Assembly (NCBI GenBank): GCA_038087875.1
Contig: JAXLNO010000474.1
Location: forward strand, 1-33,965
Direction: 5' to 3'
DNA: 33,965 nucleotides
Source: Malacoraja senta
Taxonomy: Eukaryota
Part shown: one piece after another, positions 20,283 through 31,681 of the stretch
Layout of the letters: the number at the start of each line of letters is the position of its first letter
Position numbering within the stretch: position 1 is the first letter of the stretch
Translations under genes and position numbers: made by a program
The notes under the pieces: model-generated
Told to the model about the DNA's origin: nothing
Database searches by the model: none
The model's input: the letters and a program-made list of their open reading frames with translations, nothing else

Positions 20283-21030
20283 TAGCGTCATAGAGTGATA
20301 CAGCGTGGAAACAGGCCCTTCGGCCCAACTTGCCCACACCGACCAACATGCCAAGTCTTCACTAGTCCCACCTGTCGGCGTTTGGTCCATATCCCTCTAA
20401 ACCTGTCCTATCCATGTACCTGTCTAAATGTTGGGGTAGTCCCTGCCTCAACTACGTCCTCTGGCAGCTCATTCCAAACACCCAACTGTGTGAAAAAGTT
20501 ACCCCTCGGATTCCTATTAAATCTTTTCCCCTTCACCTTGAACCGATGTCCTCTGGTCCTCGATTCACCTCTACTCTGGGCCAGAGACTCTGTGCATCTA
20601 CCTGATCTATTCCTCTCATGATTTTATAGACCTCTCTATAAGATCACCCCTCATCTTCCTGCGCTCCAAGGAATAAATACCCAGCCTGCTCAACCTCTCT
20701 CTATAGCTCACACCCTTGAGTCCTGGCAACATCTTCGAAAATGTACTCTTTACAGCTTGACATCATCTTTCCTATAACATGGTGCCCTGAACTGGACAAT
20801 ATTCTAAATGTGGTCTCACCAACGTCTTATAGAACTGCAACATGACCTCCCAACTTCTATACCCAATACTTTAACTGTTGATGGCCAATGTGCCAAAAGG
20901 CTTTTTTGACCACCCCATCTACCTGTGATGCCACATTCAACTAACCATGTACTTGCACTCCTAGATCCCTCTAACACTCCCCAGAGCCCTATCATTCACT
21001 GTAGAGGTGTTAAAAGCCCATGTTAGATAC
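20283..21030 (-). mobile_element. CR1 LINE fragment, (ACTCTATG)-tail subfamily, degraded
   Basis: Antisense RPHLE/RGDL/GNFFTQ-type motifs; 3' stem GGGCCGAAGGGCCTGTTTCC shared with the V-SINE tail. Related pieces at about 21700-21890, 23969-24452(-), 24505-24695(+), 27256-27390(+) and 29536-29640(-). Confidence 0.8.
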
Positions 21031-21040
21031 CAAAATGCAA

Positions 21041-21571
21041 TCCCTAATTTGAGGAAGGACATTCTTGCTATTGAGGGAGTGCAGCGTAGGTTTACAAGGT
21101 TAATTCCCGGGATGGCGGAACTGTCATAAGAGAGAATGAAGCAGCTGGGCTTGTACACTCTGGAGTTTAGAAGGATGAGAGGGTATCTTATTGAAACATA
21201 TAAGATTGTTAAGGGTTTGGACACGCTGGAGGCAGGAAACATGTTCCCGATGTTGGGGGAGTCCAGAACCAGGGACCACAGTTTAAGAATAAGGAGTAAG
21301 CCATTTAGAACGGAGACGGGGAAACACTTTTTCTCCAAGAGAGTGGTGAGTCTGTGGAATTCTCTGCCTCAGAGGGCGGTGGAGGCAGGTTCTCTGGATG
21401 CTTTCAAGAGAGAGCTGGATAGGGCTCTTAAAGATAGCGGAGTCAGGGGATATGGGGAGAAGGCAGGAACGGGGTACAGATTGGGGATGTTCAGCCATGA
21501 TCACATTGAATGGCGGTGCTGGCTCGAAGGGCCGAATGGCCTACTCCTGCACCTATTGTCTATTGTCTATT
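21041..21571 (+). mobile_element. CR1 LINE 3' fragment, (TCTATTG)n subfamily
   Basis: PNLRKDILAIEGVQRRFTRLIPG...LWNSLP..GYGEKAGTGY. Confidence 0.92.
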
Positions 21572-21892
21572 GCAACACCTCGCATTTCTTTGTATTAAAA
21601 GAGAGGAGGAGAACTTCTTCAAAGTGGGCACAGCTTGTGGAGATTTTGTGGTGGGGGCCAGTCAGAATGCGGAGGCAAGGAGCTGCAGATGCTGGTAGTG
21701 AGTTGGGATGAAGGGCCTGTTTCCATGCTGTATGCCCCTATGAGTCTCTGTCATGGATATGACAGATTTGGTGGGAAAGGGGCCAAATGCAGGCAGGTGG
21801 GACGAGTGTTGATGGGACATGTTGGTTGATGTTGACAAGCTGGGCCGAAGGGCCTCTTTCTATGCTCCATGACTGCATGAATCTATGACATG

Positions 21893-22619
21893 GGGGCGGC
21901 ACGGTGGAGCAGCAGTAGAGTTGCTGCCTTACAGCGCTTGCAGCGCCGGAGACACGGGTTCGATCCCGACTACGGGCGCTGTCTATACGGAGTTTGTGCG
22001 TTCTCCCCGTGACCTGCGTGGGTTTTCTCCGAGATCTTCGGTTTTAGACAATAGACAATAGACAATAGGTGCAGGAGTAGGCCATTCGGCCCTTAGAGCC
22101 AGCACCGCCATTCAATGTGATCATGGCTGATCATCCCCAATCAGTACCCCGTTCCTGCCTTCTCCCCATATCCCCTGACTCCGCTATTTTTAAGAGCCCT
22201 ATCTAGCTCTCTCTTGAAAGCATCCAGAGAACCGGCCTCCACTGCCCTCTGAGGCAGAGAATTCCACACTCACCACTCTCTGTGAGAAAAAGTGTTTCCT
22301 TGTCTCCGTTCTAAATGGCTTACCCATTATTCTTAAACTGTGTGGCCCCTGGTTCTGGACTCCCCCAACATCGGGAACATGTTTCCTGCCTCTAGCGTGT
22401 CCAAACCCTTAATAATCTTATATGTTTCAATAAGATCCCCCCTCATCCTTTTCTCCCACACTCCAACGACTTACAGGTTTGTAGGTTAATTGGCTTGGTA
22501 TAAGTGTAAAATTGTCCCGAGCGTGTGTAGGGTAGCGTCAGTCTGCGGGGATCGCTGGTCGGCGCGGTCTCGCTGGGGCCGAAGGGCCTGTTTCCGTGCC
22601 GTATCTCTAAACTAAACTA
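21893..22619 (+). mobile_element. HE1-like V-SINE interrupted by an antisense CR1 fragment (about 22045-22450)
   Basis: SINE breaks after TTCGGTTT and resumes at TCTCCCACACTCCAA. Confidence 0.88.
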
Positions 22620-22861
22620 GTGTGTGAACTGGCGAGCGTCGGTCGGCACGGACTCGATGGGCTGAAGGGCCTGTTTCCGCGCTGTATCTCTGAACTAAAC
22701 TAAACTAGACTCTATGACTATGGCATGGATAGGGCATTAGTCTGGAGGGATATGGGCCAAATGCAGGCGGGTGGGACTAGGGTAGACGGGGCCTGTTGGT
22801 CGGTCGCACCGAGCCGGACCTTGCCGAGATAACGGACGGGGCGCGTCTCCTGCCGTTTCAG

Positions 22862-23065
22862 AGACGACGCAGCTGGAGGACCCGCGAGCGTGGTGGAGGA
22901 AGGAGCAGGAGCGGATGCTGAAGGACTACCTGTCGGTGGCCGAGGATGCCCTGGGCACACAGAAGGAGCTCTACCAGGTGAAGGAGCAAAGGCTGGCGCT
23001 GGCCATTGACGAGTACGTGCGTCTCAACGACGTGTGGAGGGACAAGACCGGCTCGCGCACCAGCT
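22862..23065 (+). CDS. WWC2: WWC2-like coding exon (exon 3 equivalent); end of WW2 and coiled coil
   Basis: tttcAG acceptor, GTgagt donor at 23066; 204 bp; (K)[99 protein letters not shown] is the WWC2 pattern rather than WWC1/WWC3 as I recall them. Confidence 0.93.
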
Positions 23066-23103
23066 GTGAGTACAGACGGAGAATCGCGCTCATCCAGCGT
23101 GCA

Positions 23104-23592
23104 AATAGACAACAAACAATAGGTGCAGGAGGAGGCCATTCGGCCCTTCGAGCCAGCACCGCCATTCAATGTGATCATGGCTGATCATCCCCAATCAGTA
23201 CCCCGTTCCTGCCTTCTCCCCATATCCCCTGACTCCGCTATTTTTAAGAGCCCTATCTAGCTCTCTCTTGAAAGCATCCAGAGAACCGGCCTCCACCGCC
23301 CTCTGAGGCAGAGAATTCCACAGACTCACAACTCCCTGTGTGCAAAGTGTTTCCTCGTCTCCGTTCTAAATGGCTTACTCCTTATTCTTAAACTGTGGCC
23401 CCTGGTTCTGGACTCCCCCAACACCGGGAACACGTTTCCTGCCTCTAGCGTGTCCAAACCCTTAACGTTTCATTGAGATCCCCTCTCATCCTCCAGAGTG
23501 TACAAGCCCAGCTGCTCCATTCTCTCAGCATATGACAGTCCCTTCATCCCAGGAATTATCCTGGTGAACCTACCCTGCACCCCCTCAATAGC
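23104..23592 (-). mobile_element. CR1 LINE 3' fragment
   Basis: Same subfamily as 9223-9995; tail begins about 40 bp after the exon donor at 23066. Confidence 0.9.
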
Positions 23593-23642
23593 CCCTTGAC
23601 CCAACACACCAGCTTGCCCCATCTACACTAGTTCCATCTAGT

Positions 23643-23968
23643 GGGCGGTCACGGTGACGCAGCGGTAGAGTTGCTGCCTCACAGTGAAATCAGCGCTGGA
23701 GACCCAGGTTCCATCCCGACTACAGGCACTGTCTGTACGGAGTTTGTACATTCTCCCTGTGACCTGCGTGGGTTTTCTCCGGGATCTTCGGTTCCCTCCC
23801 ACACTCCAAAGACGCGCGGGTTTGTAGGTTAATCGGCTCGGTAAATGTAAAAATTGTCCATAGTGGGTATAGGATAGTGTTAATGTGCAGGGATCGCCGG
23901 TCGGTACGGACCCGGTGGGCTAAAATGGCCTTTTTCCGCGCTGTATCTCTAAACTAAACTGAACTAAA
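23643..23968 (+). mobile_element. HE1-like V-SINE
   Basis: Head, V-domain, tail. Confidence 0.88.
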
Positions 23969-25078
23969 TCTCCCTGCATTTGGCCCATATCCCTCAACAC
24001 ATTTCCTATCCGTCATAGAGTCATACAGCATGGAAACAGGCCCTTCGGCCCAACTTGCCAACCAATACCCTCCCATCAACTCCAGTCCCACTTGCCCACA
24101 TTTGGTCCATATCCCTCTAAACCTTTACTATATATGTCAGAGAGTGATACAGCATGGAAACAGGCCCAACTTGCCATCACCGACCAACTTGCCCCATCTA
24201 CGCTAGTCCCACCTGCCTGCGTTTGGCCCATATCCCTCTAAACCTGTTCTATCCATGTACCTGTCTAAATGTTTCTTAAATGTTGGGATAGTCCCAGCCT
24301 CAACTACCTCCTCTGGCAGCTCGTTCCATACACCCACCACCCTTTGTGTGAAAAAGTTACCCCTCTGATTCCTATTAACTCTTTTCCCCTTCACCTTGAA
24401 CCCACAGTATGTGCTCTGATTCTCGATTCATCTACTCAGGACAAGAGATTCTGTGCGTTTACATGTCCAAGTGTTCGTGGGCATCCCCTTTTCTTTTTCA
24501 AGGGCACACAGATATAGGTTCAAGGCGAAGGGGGAAAGATTGAATAGGAACCTGAGGGGTAACTTTTTCGCACAAAGGGTGGTGAGTGTGCGGAACGAGT
24601 TGCCGGAGGAGATAGTTGAAGCTGGGACGAATGCAATGTTTAAGAAACATTTAGACAGTTACATGGAGAGGACAGGTTTAGAGGGATATGGGCCAATTCT
24701 TAGGTTGAGGTCTATCACTGTCACCACATCACCCCGATTCTTTCCACTGGCTCCCAGTGTGGTTCCGAATCAATTTCAAGCTCCTCCTTTATGTATACAA
24801 AGCCCTTCACGGGTTTGCCCCTACCTACATCAAAAATCTGCTAACCCACCACACCACCTCCAGGTCCCTCAGATCGGCCGACTTGGGGTTACTGAACATC
24901 CCGCGGTCTACGCATAAGCTCAGGGGCGACCGCGCCTTTGCGGTTGTAGCTCCTAGACTGTGGAACAGCATCCCCCTTCCCATCAGAACTGCCCTCTCCA
25001 TCGACTCCTTTAAGTCGAGACTTAAAACCTATTTCTACTCTCAAGCCTTTCTTGACGTCCTCTGAGGGAGCGCTGTAT

Positions 25079-26225
25079 AGAAACATAGACATAGAAACAT
25101 AGACAATAGGTGCAGGAGTAGGCCATTCGGCCCTTCGAGCCTGCACCGCCATTCAATATGATCATGGCTGATCATCCAACTCAGTATCCTGTACCTGCTT
25201 TCTCTCCATACCCCCTGATCCCTTCAGCCACAAGGGCCACATCTAACTCCCTCTTAAATATAGCCAATGAACTGGCCTCAACTTCCTTCTGTGGCAGAGA
25301 ATTCCAGAGATTCACCACTCTCTGTGTGAAAAATGTTTTTCTCATCTCGGTCCTAAAGGATTTCCCCTTTATCCTTAAACTGTGACCCCTTGTTCTGGAC
25401 TTCCCCAACATCGGGAACAATCTTCCTGCATCTAGCCTGTCCAACCCCTTAAGAATTTTGTAAGTTTCTATAAGATCCCCCCTCAATCTTCTAAATTCTA
25501 GCGAGTACAAGCCGAGTCTATCCAGTCTTTCTTCATATGAAAGTCCTGACATCCCAGGAATCAGTCTGGTGAACCTTCTCTGTACTCCCTCTATGGCAAG
25601 AATGTCCTTCCTCAGATTAGGAGACCAAAACTGTACGCAATACTCCAGGTGTGGTCTCACCAAGACCCTGTACAACTGCAGTAGAGCCTCCCTGCTCCTA
25701 TACTCAAATCCTTTTGCTATGAATGCTAACATACCATTTGCTTTCTTCACTGCCTGCTGCACCTGCATGCCTACTTTCAATGACTGGTGTACCATGACAC
25801 CCAGGTCTCGTTGCATCTCCCCTTTTCCTAATCGGCCACCATTCAGGTAATAGTCTACTTTCCTGTTTTTGCCACAAAAGTGGATAACCTCACATTTATC
25901 CACATTATACTGCATCTGCCATGCATTTGCCCACTCACCCAGCCTATCCAAGTCATCTTGCAGCCTCCTAGCATCCTCCTCACAGCTAACACTGCCCCCC
26001 AGCTTTGTGTCATCCGCAAACTTGGAGATGTTGCATTCAATTCCCTCGTCCAAATCATTAACATATATTATAAATAGCTGGGGTCCCAGGACTGAGCCTT
26101 GCGGTACCCCACTAGTCACTGCCTGCCATTCTGAAAAGGACCCGTTAACTCCTACTCTTTGCTTCCTGTCTGCCAGCCAGTTCTCTATCCACATCAATAC
26201 TGAACCCCCAATGCCGTGTGCTTTA
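25079..26225 (-). mobile_element. Young CR1/HER1-like LINE, 5'-truncated, 338-aa open RT fragment
   Basis: SGVPQGSVLGP, KFADDTKL and RPHLEYC uninterrupted; near-identical to 2870-3977 in the opposite orientation. Confidence 0.95.
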
Positions 26226-26262
26226 TGTATGTATGTATGTATGTATTTATGTATGTATTGGT

Positions 26263-26695
26263 GAGAGAATGGAGCAGCTGGGCTTGTACACTCTGGAGTT
26301 TAGAAGGATGAGAGGGCATCTCATTGAAACATATAAGATTGTTAAGGGCTTGGACATGCTAGAGGCAGGAAACATGTTCCTGATGTTGGGGGAGTCCAGA
26401 ACCAGGGGCCACAGTTTAAGAATAAGGGGTAAGCCATTTAAAACGGAGATGAGGAAACACTTTTTCTCACAAAGAGTGGTGAGTCTGTGGAATTCTCTGC
26501 CTCAGAGGCCGGTTCTCTGGATACTTTCAAGAGAGAGCTAGATAGGGCTCTTAAAAATAGTGGAGTCAGGGGATATGGGGAGAAGGCAGGAACGAGGTAC
26601 TGATTGGGGATGATCGGCCATGATCACATTCAATGGCGGTGCTGGCTCGAAGGGCCAAATGGCCTCCTCCTGCACCTATTGTCTATTGTCTATTG
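26263..26695 (+). mobile_element. CR1 LINE 3' fragment, (TCTATTG)n subfamily
   Basis: ERMEQLGLYTLEFRRMRG...LWNSLP; inserted next to a (TATG)n tract. Confidence 0.9.
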
Positions 26696-26979
26696 TTAGA
26701 TCTATGTACCACTGTATGTAGCACGTTAGTCCCTCCACCAATATAAAGCACTTTGGTCAACGAGAGTTGTATTTAAATGTGCTATACAAATATAATTGAC
26801 TTGACTTGACCGACCAACTGTACCAGGGCGCAGTGAAAAGCTTTATTTTGCACGCTCTCCAAGCAGATCAGATATATTACACATAAATACAATCGAGTCA
26901 AACTCCAGTACAATAGGTGGAGCAACGGGGAAGATACAGAGTGCAGAATATAGTTCTCAGCATTGTAGCGTTTCTGTTT

Positions 26980-27255
26980 GGGCGGCACGGTGGCGCAGCG
27001 GTAGAGTTGCTGCCTCACAGCGCCGGAGACCCGGGTTTGATCCTGACTGTGGGTGCTGTCTGTACGGAGTTTGCACGTTCTCCCCGTGACCTGCGTGGGT
27101 TTTCTCCGGGTGCTCCGGTTTCTTCCCAGTGTTTAATTGTCCTAGTGTGTGTAGGATAGTGCCAGTGTGCGGGGATCGCTGGTCGGCGCGGACACGGTGG
27201 GCCGAAGGGCCTGTTTCCGCGCTGTATCTCTAAACTAAACTATACTAAACTAAAC
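26980..27255 (+). mobile_element. HE1-like V-SINE (small internal deletion)
   Basis: Head, partial V-domain, tail. Confidence 0.88.
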
Positions 27256-27399
27256 TGGTACATGGATAGGACAGGTTTAGAGGGATGTGGGCCAAATGCA
27301 GGCAGGTGGGACTGGTGTAGATGGGGTATGTTGATCGGTATTGGCGTGTTGGGCTGAAGGTCCTGTTATCACACTGAAGGACTCTATGTCATTAATAGA

Positions 27400-27845
27400 T
27401 ACAATAGACAATAGACAATAGGTACAGGAGTAGGCCATTCAGCCCTTCGAGCCAGCACTGCCATTCAATGTGATCATGGCTGATCATCCCCAATCAGTAC
27501 CCCGTTCCTGCCTTCTCCCCATATCCCCTGACTCCGCTATCTTTAAGAGCTCTATCTAACTCTCTCTTGAAAGCATCCAGAGAATTGGCCTCCATTGCCT
27601 TCTGAGGCAGAGAGAGTTCCACAGATTCGCAACTCTCTGTGTGAAAAGGTTTTTCCTCATCGCTGTTCTAAATGGCTTACCCCTTATTCTTAAACTGTGG
27701 CCCCTGGTTCTGGACTCCCCCAACATCGGGAACATGCTTCCTGCCTGTATTACTAAGAATTACTCTGATCGTCTGATGTCCAATTTCAGAATTCCACACT
27801 CACAACCCTCTGTGAGAAAAAGTGTTTCCTCGTCTCCATTCTAAT
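27400..27845 (-). mobile_element. CR1 3' fragments (27400-27746, 27787-27845)
   Basis: Homology to 9223-9570; a further antisense CR1 piece at about 28010-28240. Confidence 0.85.
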
Positions 27846-27913
27846 GTTCGAGGAGGTTCGAGTCAATGGTATGGAATTCGGTAGTGAATTTATTCCCATT
27901 GTTTGTGTTGCAG

Positions 27914-27990
27914 TGTTGTCAGCATCTTCCTCGAGCACCAAGTATGATCCTGATATCCTGAAGGCTGAAGTAATGACCACAAAAGTCCGG
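27914..27990 (+). CDS. WWC2: WWC2-like coding exon (exon 4 equivalent)
   Basis: ttgcAG acceptor, GTaaga donor at 27991; 77 bp; T+TG = Leu, then LSASSSSTKYDPDILKAEVMTTKVR. Absent from the ORF track in this frame; found by reading. Confidence 0.92.
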
Positions 27991-28451
27991 GTAAGATAAA
28001 AACAGATGCTATGAATTCCACAGATTAACCACCCTCTGACTAAAGAAATTCCTCCTCATCTCCTTCCTAAAGGTACGTCCTTTTATTCTGAGGCTGTGAC
28101 CTCTGGTCCTAGACTCTCCCCACTAGTGGAAACATCCTCTCCACATCCACTCTATCCAGCCCTTTCACTGTTCGGTAAGTTTCAAGGAGGTGTCCCCCTC
28201 ATCCTTCTAAACTCCAGCGAGTACAGGCCCAGTGCCCTCAAACCCTCCATACCTGACACGATGCCTATCTATTTGCTAATCCTATTTCCCTGCTTTAGAA
28301 CATAGAACCAAGAACATTACAGCATAGGAACAGGCCATTCGTCCCACGATGTCCATGTCGAACTTGAGACCAGCTCGCCCCTGATGACCAAAATGTCCCA
28401 TCTACACCAGTCCCCTTTGCTCGTGTTTGGCCCCCCGTATCGCACTAAACC

Positions 28452-28855
28452 TCAACTCAGGGAAGAATACCGCCAGGGGTGCCCGAGAGGGGGGGGGGGG
28501 GGGAGGATGAGCACCCCAATTTGACAGCCGAGGCCTGAAGATTCACCAGACCCGGATGGCGTGTTTGAAGGGAAGGGGAGCGTCACGACGCACAGGTATT
28601 TTACTTTGACGAGACGCAGGAGGAGCCGGGCCCAGACGCACCTCATAGAGCCTCCAGAACAGACCTCCGGAGAAGGTTTGAGTCAATGGCCAAGAGGAGG
28701 TCAATGGGGAGGTGCCAATGCCACCTGAACACAAGTCGTGGTCTGATCAACCACGGCTGGGTTGCCTTCGTGAGGGTGTCTGATGTTGAAAGGCCCGAAA
28801 CACCCAAATCACTGATGATGTGTTCAGGAGCATCAAGAGATGTATTTATCAACCC
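28452..28855 (+). mobile_element. Probable internally deleted HERO-like (RLE-type non-LTR) element
   Basis: Relics QGCPRGG..EDEHP, RGLKIHQTRMAC and ETQEEPGP, then RGGQWGGANAT* (TGA 28726-28728) and UTR ..GGTCTGATCAACCACGGCTGGGT..GAGGGTGTCTGATGTTGAAAGGCCCGAAACACCC..ACTGATGATGTGT; interrupts an antisense CR1 tail (CTAAACCT | ATCCATGTACCTG). Confidence 0.55.
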
Positions 28856-28881
28856 AATCCATGTACCTGCCAGGGGTAGGT

Positions 28882-29535
28882 ACCTGCCTCCCATTCCGAA
28901 TCTGACCTTTCTGTCCTGGGTCTCCTCCATGGCCAGATTGAGTCCCACTGCAAATTGGAGGAGCAGCACCTCATATTTCTCTTGGGTAGTTTACACCCCA
29001 GTGGTATGAACATTGACTTCTCCAATTTCAGGTAGTCCCTGCTTTCTCCCTCCTTCCCCTCCCCTCCCCTCCCCAGCTCTCCCACAGCCCACTGTCTCCG
29101 CATCTTCCTTTCTTCTTCAACCCCCCCCCCCCCCACCTCCTCCACATCAATTTGAAGAAGGGTCTTGACCCGAAACATCACCTATTCCTTCGCTCCATAG
29201 ATGCTGCTTCACCCATATAACCATAAAACCATATAACAATTACAGCACGGAAACAGGCCATCTCGGCCCTTCTAGTCCGTGCCGAACACTCACTCTCACC
29301 TAGTCCCATCTACCTGCATTCAGACCATAACCCTCCATTCCTTTCCCGTCCATATACCTATCCAATTTATTTTTAAATGATAAAATCGAACCAGCCTCCA
29401 CCACTTCCACTGGAAGCTCATTCCACACAGCTACCACTCTCTGAATAAAGAAGTTCCCCCTCATGTTACCTGCTGAGTTTCTTCAGCATTTTTGTCTACC
29501 TTTGATTTTTCCAGCATCTGCAGTTCCTTCTTGAA
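28882..29535 (+). mobile_element. Penelope-like 3' fragment interrupted by an antisense CR1 piece (about 29216-29469)
   Basis: SHSESDLSVLGL..KLEEQHLIF.LGSLHPSGMNIDF; pLTR with a mutated hammerhead (TTGAAGA..) at about 29152-29179; pLTR resumes at 29470. Confidence 0.85.
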
Positions 29536-29696
29536 CATGTACCTGTCCAAGTGTTTTTTAAACGTGGTTATAGTACTTGCCTGAGCTACCTCCTCTGGCA
29601 GCTCCTTCCAGTTACTCACCACCCTCTGAGTGGCAAAAAATGGTGCTCTGTTTCCTATGAAAGCTTGCCCCTCACCTGTGGAGTTTGTGTCGATGA

Positions 29697-30240
29697 TCAG
29701 TCAGAGTATTGAGTATAGACGTTGGGAGGCCATGTTGCATTGCATAAGACATTGCGGAGGCCAATGACTCATATTGGTACTGTGTACAGTTTTGGGCACC
29801 ATGTTATAGGAAAGATCTTGTCATGTTGGAAAGGGTGCAGAGAAGATTTACGAGGATGTTGCCAGGACTCGAGGGTGTGAGCTATAGGGAGAGGTTGAGA
29901 AGGAGAGGACTCTATTCCTTGGGAGCGCAGGAGGATGTGGGAGTGATCTTATCGAGGTGTATAAAATTATGAGAGGAATAGATCGGGTAGACGCACAGAG
30001 TCTCTTGCCCAGAGTAAGGGTATCGAGAACCAGAGGACACAGGTGAAGGGGAAATGATTTAATAGGAACCTGAGGGGTAACTTTTTCACACAAAGGGTGG
30101 TGGGTGTACGGAACCAGCTGCCAGAGGAGGTAGTTGAGGCTGGGACTATCCCAACGTTTAAGAAACAATTGGACAGTTACATGGATAGGACAGCTTTAGA
30201 GGGATATGGACCAAATGCAGGGAAGTGGGACTAGTATAGT
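29697..30240 (+). mobile_element. CR1 LINE fragment, degraded
   Basis: QSIEYR..LERVQRRFTRMLPGL..DLIEVYKIMRGIDRV..GNFFTQRVVG motifs with frameshifts. Confidence 0.82.
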
Positions 30241-30597
30241 CATCCACCACACACTCACCACCCTTTGTGTAAAAACCATTCAGGTTCTTATTGAATCTTT
30301 ACCCCCTCACCTTAATCCTATATCCACAGGTTCCTGACAGGTTAGTTTAGTTTATTAATTATTGCCACATGTCCCGAGGAATAGTGAAAAGCTTTTTGTG
30401 TTGACCTGCGATCACCCTGTACATTAAAACTATCCTACACACTAGGGGCAGGTTAGTTTAGTTTAGTGTCACGAGCATCGAGGTACAGTGAAACACATTT
30501 TTGTTGCATGCTTTAAGGTCAGTGAAAAGATTATACAAGATTCCAATCTAGCCGTCAACAGTGTACAGATACAGGATAAAGGGAATAGCATTGAAGA

Positions 30598-31516
30598 CAG
30601 GGGTCGGTAACCTTGTTCTGCATGGGGGCCAGGATCCATGTCTGTGAGCGGATGGCGGGCCACATCTATCGCCATAGTTAATAAATGGAGGTAATACTAA
30701 TACATACTAACTAAATTAGTAACTAGTAATAATACACACTAATAATACATAAATTAGCTATAATACATACTAATTAGTGCGACGTTGTTTTTTGCATTAG
30801 ACAATAGACAATAGGTGCAGGAGTAGGCCATTCGGCCCTTCGAGCCAGCACCGCCATTCATTGTGATCATGGCTGATCATCCCCAATCAGTACCCCGTTC
30901 CTGCCTTCTCCCCATATCCCCTGACTCCGCTATCTTTAAGAGCCCTATCTAGCTCTCTCTTGAAAGCATCCAGAGAACCTGCCTCCACCGCCCTCTGAGG
31001 CAGAGAATTCCACAGACTCTCCACTCTCTGTGAGAAAAAGTGTTTCCTCGTCTCCGTTCTAAATGGCTTACCCCTTATTCTTAAACTGTGGCCCCTGGTT
31101 CTGGACTCCCCCAACATCGGGAACATGTTTCCTGCCTCTAGCGTGTCCAAGCCCTTAATAATCTTATATGTTTCAATGTGATCCCCTCTCATCCTTCTAA
31201 ACTCCAGAGTGTACAAGCCCAGCCGCTCCATTCTCTCAGCATATGACAGTCCCGCCATCCCGGGAATTAACCTTGTAAACCTACGCTGCGCTCCCTTTCA
31301 CGTGTTTTCAATTAGATTTCTGCAATTCCCAGATCCCTCGCGTCGCCTGGACTGACTGTAGCGCCCAGGTCACCTGCGTGCCCCGGGACAGACTGCAGTT
31401 CTCAGGTCGCCTGCGAGCCTCGGGACAAGTTGTAGTTCCCAGCTCGTGAAAACGAATTGGAAAAAAAAACGTCTGCGGGCCGGATCTGGCCCCCGGGCCA
31501 TAGGTTGCCGTCCCTG
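30598..31516. mobile_element. hAT (Charlie-like) non-autonomous DNA transposon hosting a CR1 insertion
   Basis: TIRs CAGGGGTCGGTAACC / GGTTGCCGTCCCTG; subterminal GCGGGCC motifs; imperfect 8-bp TSD ATTGAAGA / GTTTAAGA. Confidence 0.72.
30798..31293 (-). mobile_element. CR1 LINE 3' fragment nested in the hAT element
   Basis: 123-aa open frame MAGLSYAERMERLGLYTLEF...GTGY*; (TCTATTG)n tail. Confidence 0.92.
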
Positions 31517-31601
31517 GTTTAAGAGAAGCAGAGTTGAGATGTATTCTGTCTTTTCAATGTGGCATTTTAATTCATTATTTGTTCTCCCCCCCCTCCTCCA
31601 G

Positions 31602-31681
31602 GTCAACAAGCTGAAGAGGGAGGTTTCCCAGATGAAGCAAGAACTGTTCTACAAAGAACAAGGGTTCGAAACCCTTCAAGA
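31602..31681 (+). CDS. WWC2: WWC2-like coding exon (exon 5 equivalent); coiled coil
   Basis: Long pyrimidine tract + cAG, GTaagt at 31682; 80 bp; VNKLKREVSQMKQELFYKEQGFETLQ+GA; phase 0 start matches the previous exon end. Confidence 0.93.

Larger units (their letters stand above)
24713..26810 (+). mobile_element. L2-clade LINE 3' fragment whose UTR is split by two CR1 insertions
   Basis: HITPIL..HWLPV.FRINFKLLLYVYKALHG.AP.Y...RSLRS...GDRAFAVVAPRLWNS...FKSRLKTYF (24713-25065); UTR resumes at about 26698 and ends AAAGCACTTTGGTCAAC..AAATGTGCTATACAAATA..(TTGAC)n. Confidence 0.82.

Noticed and set aside
25181..26197. 338-aa reverse-transcriptase ORF as a host or domesticated gene
   Set aside because: 5'-truncated CR1 copy nearly identical to other local copies; openness reflects youth.
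28780..28820. Possible hammerhead in CTGATGTTGAAAGGCCCGAAAC
   Set aside because: No CUGANGA followed by helix II and GAAA in the right order; better explained as a retroposon 3' UTR.
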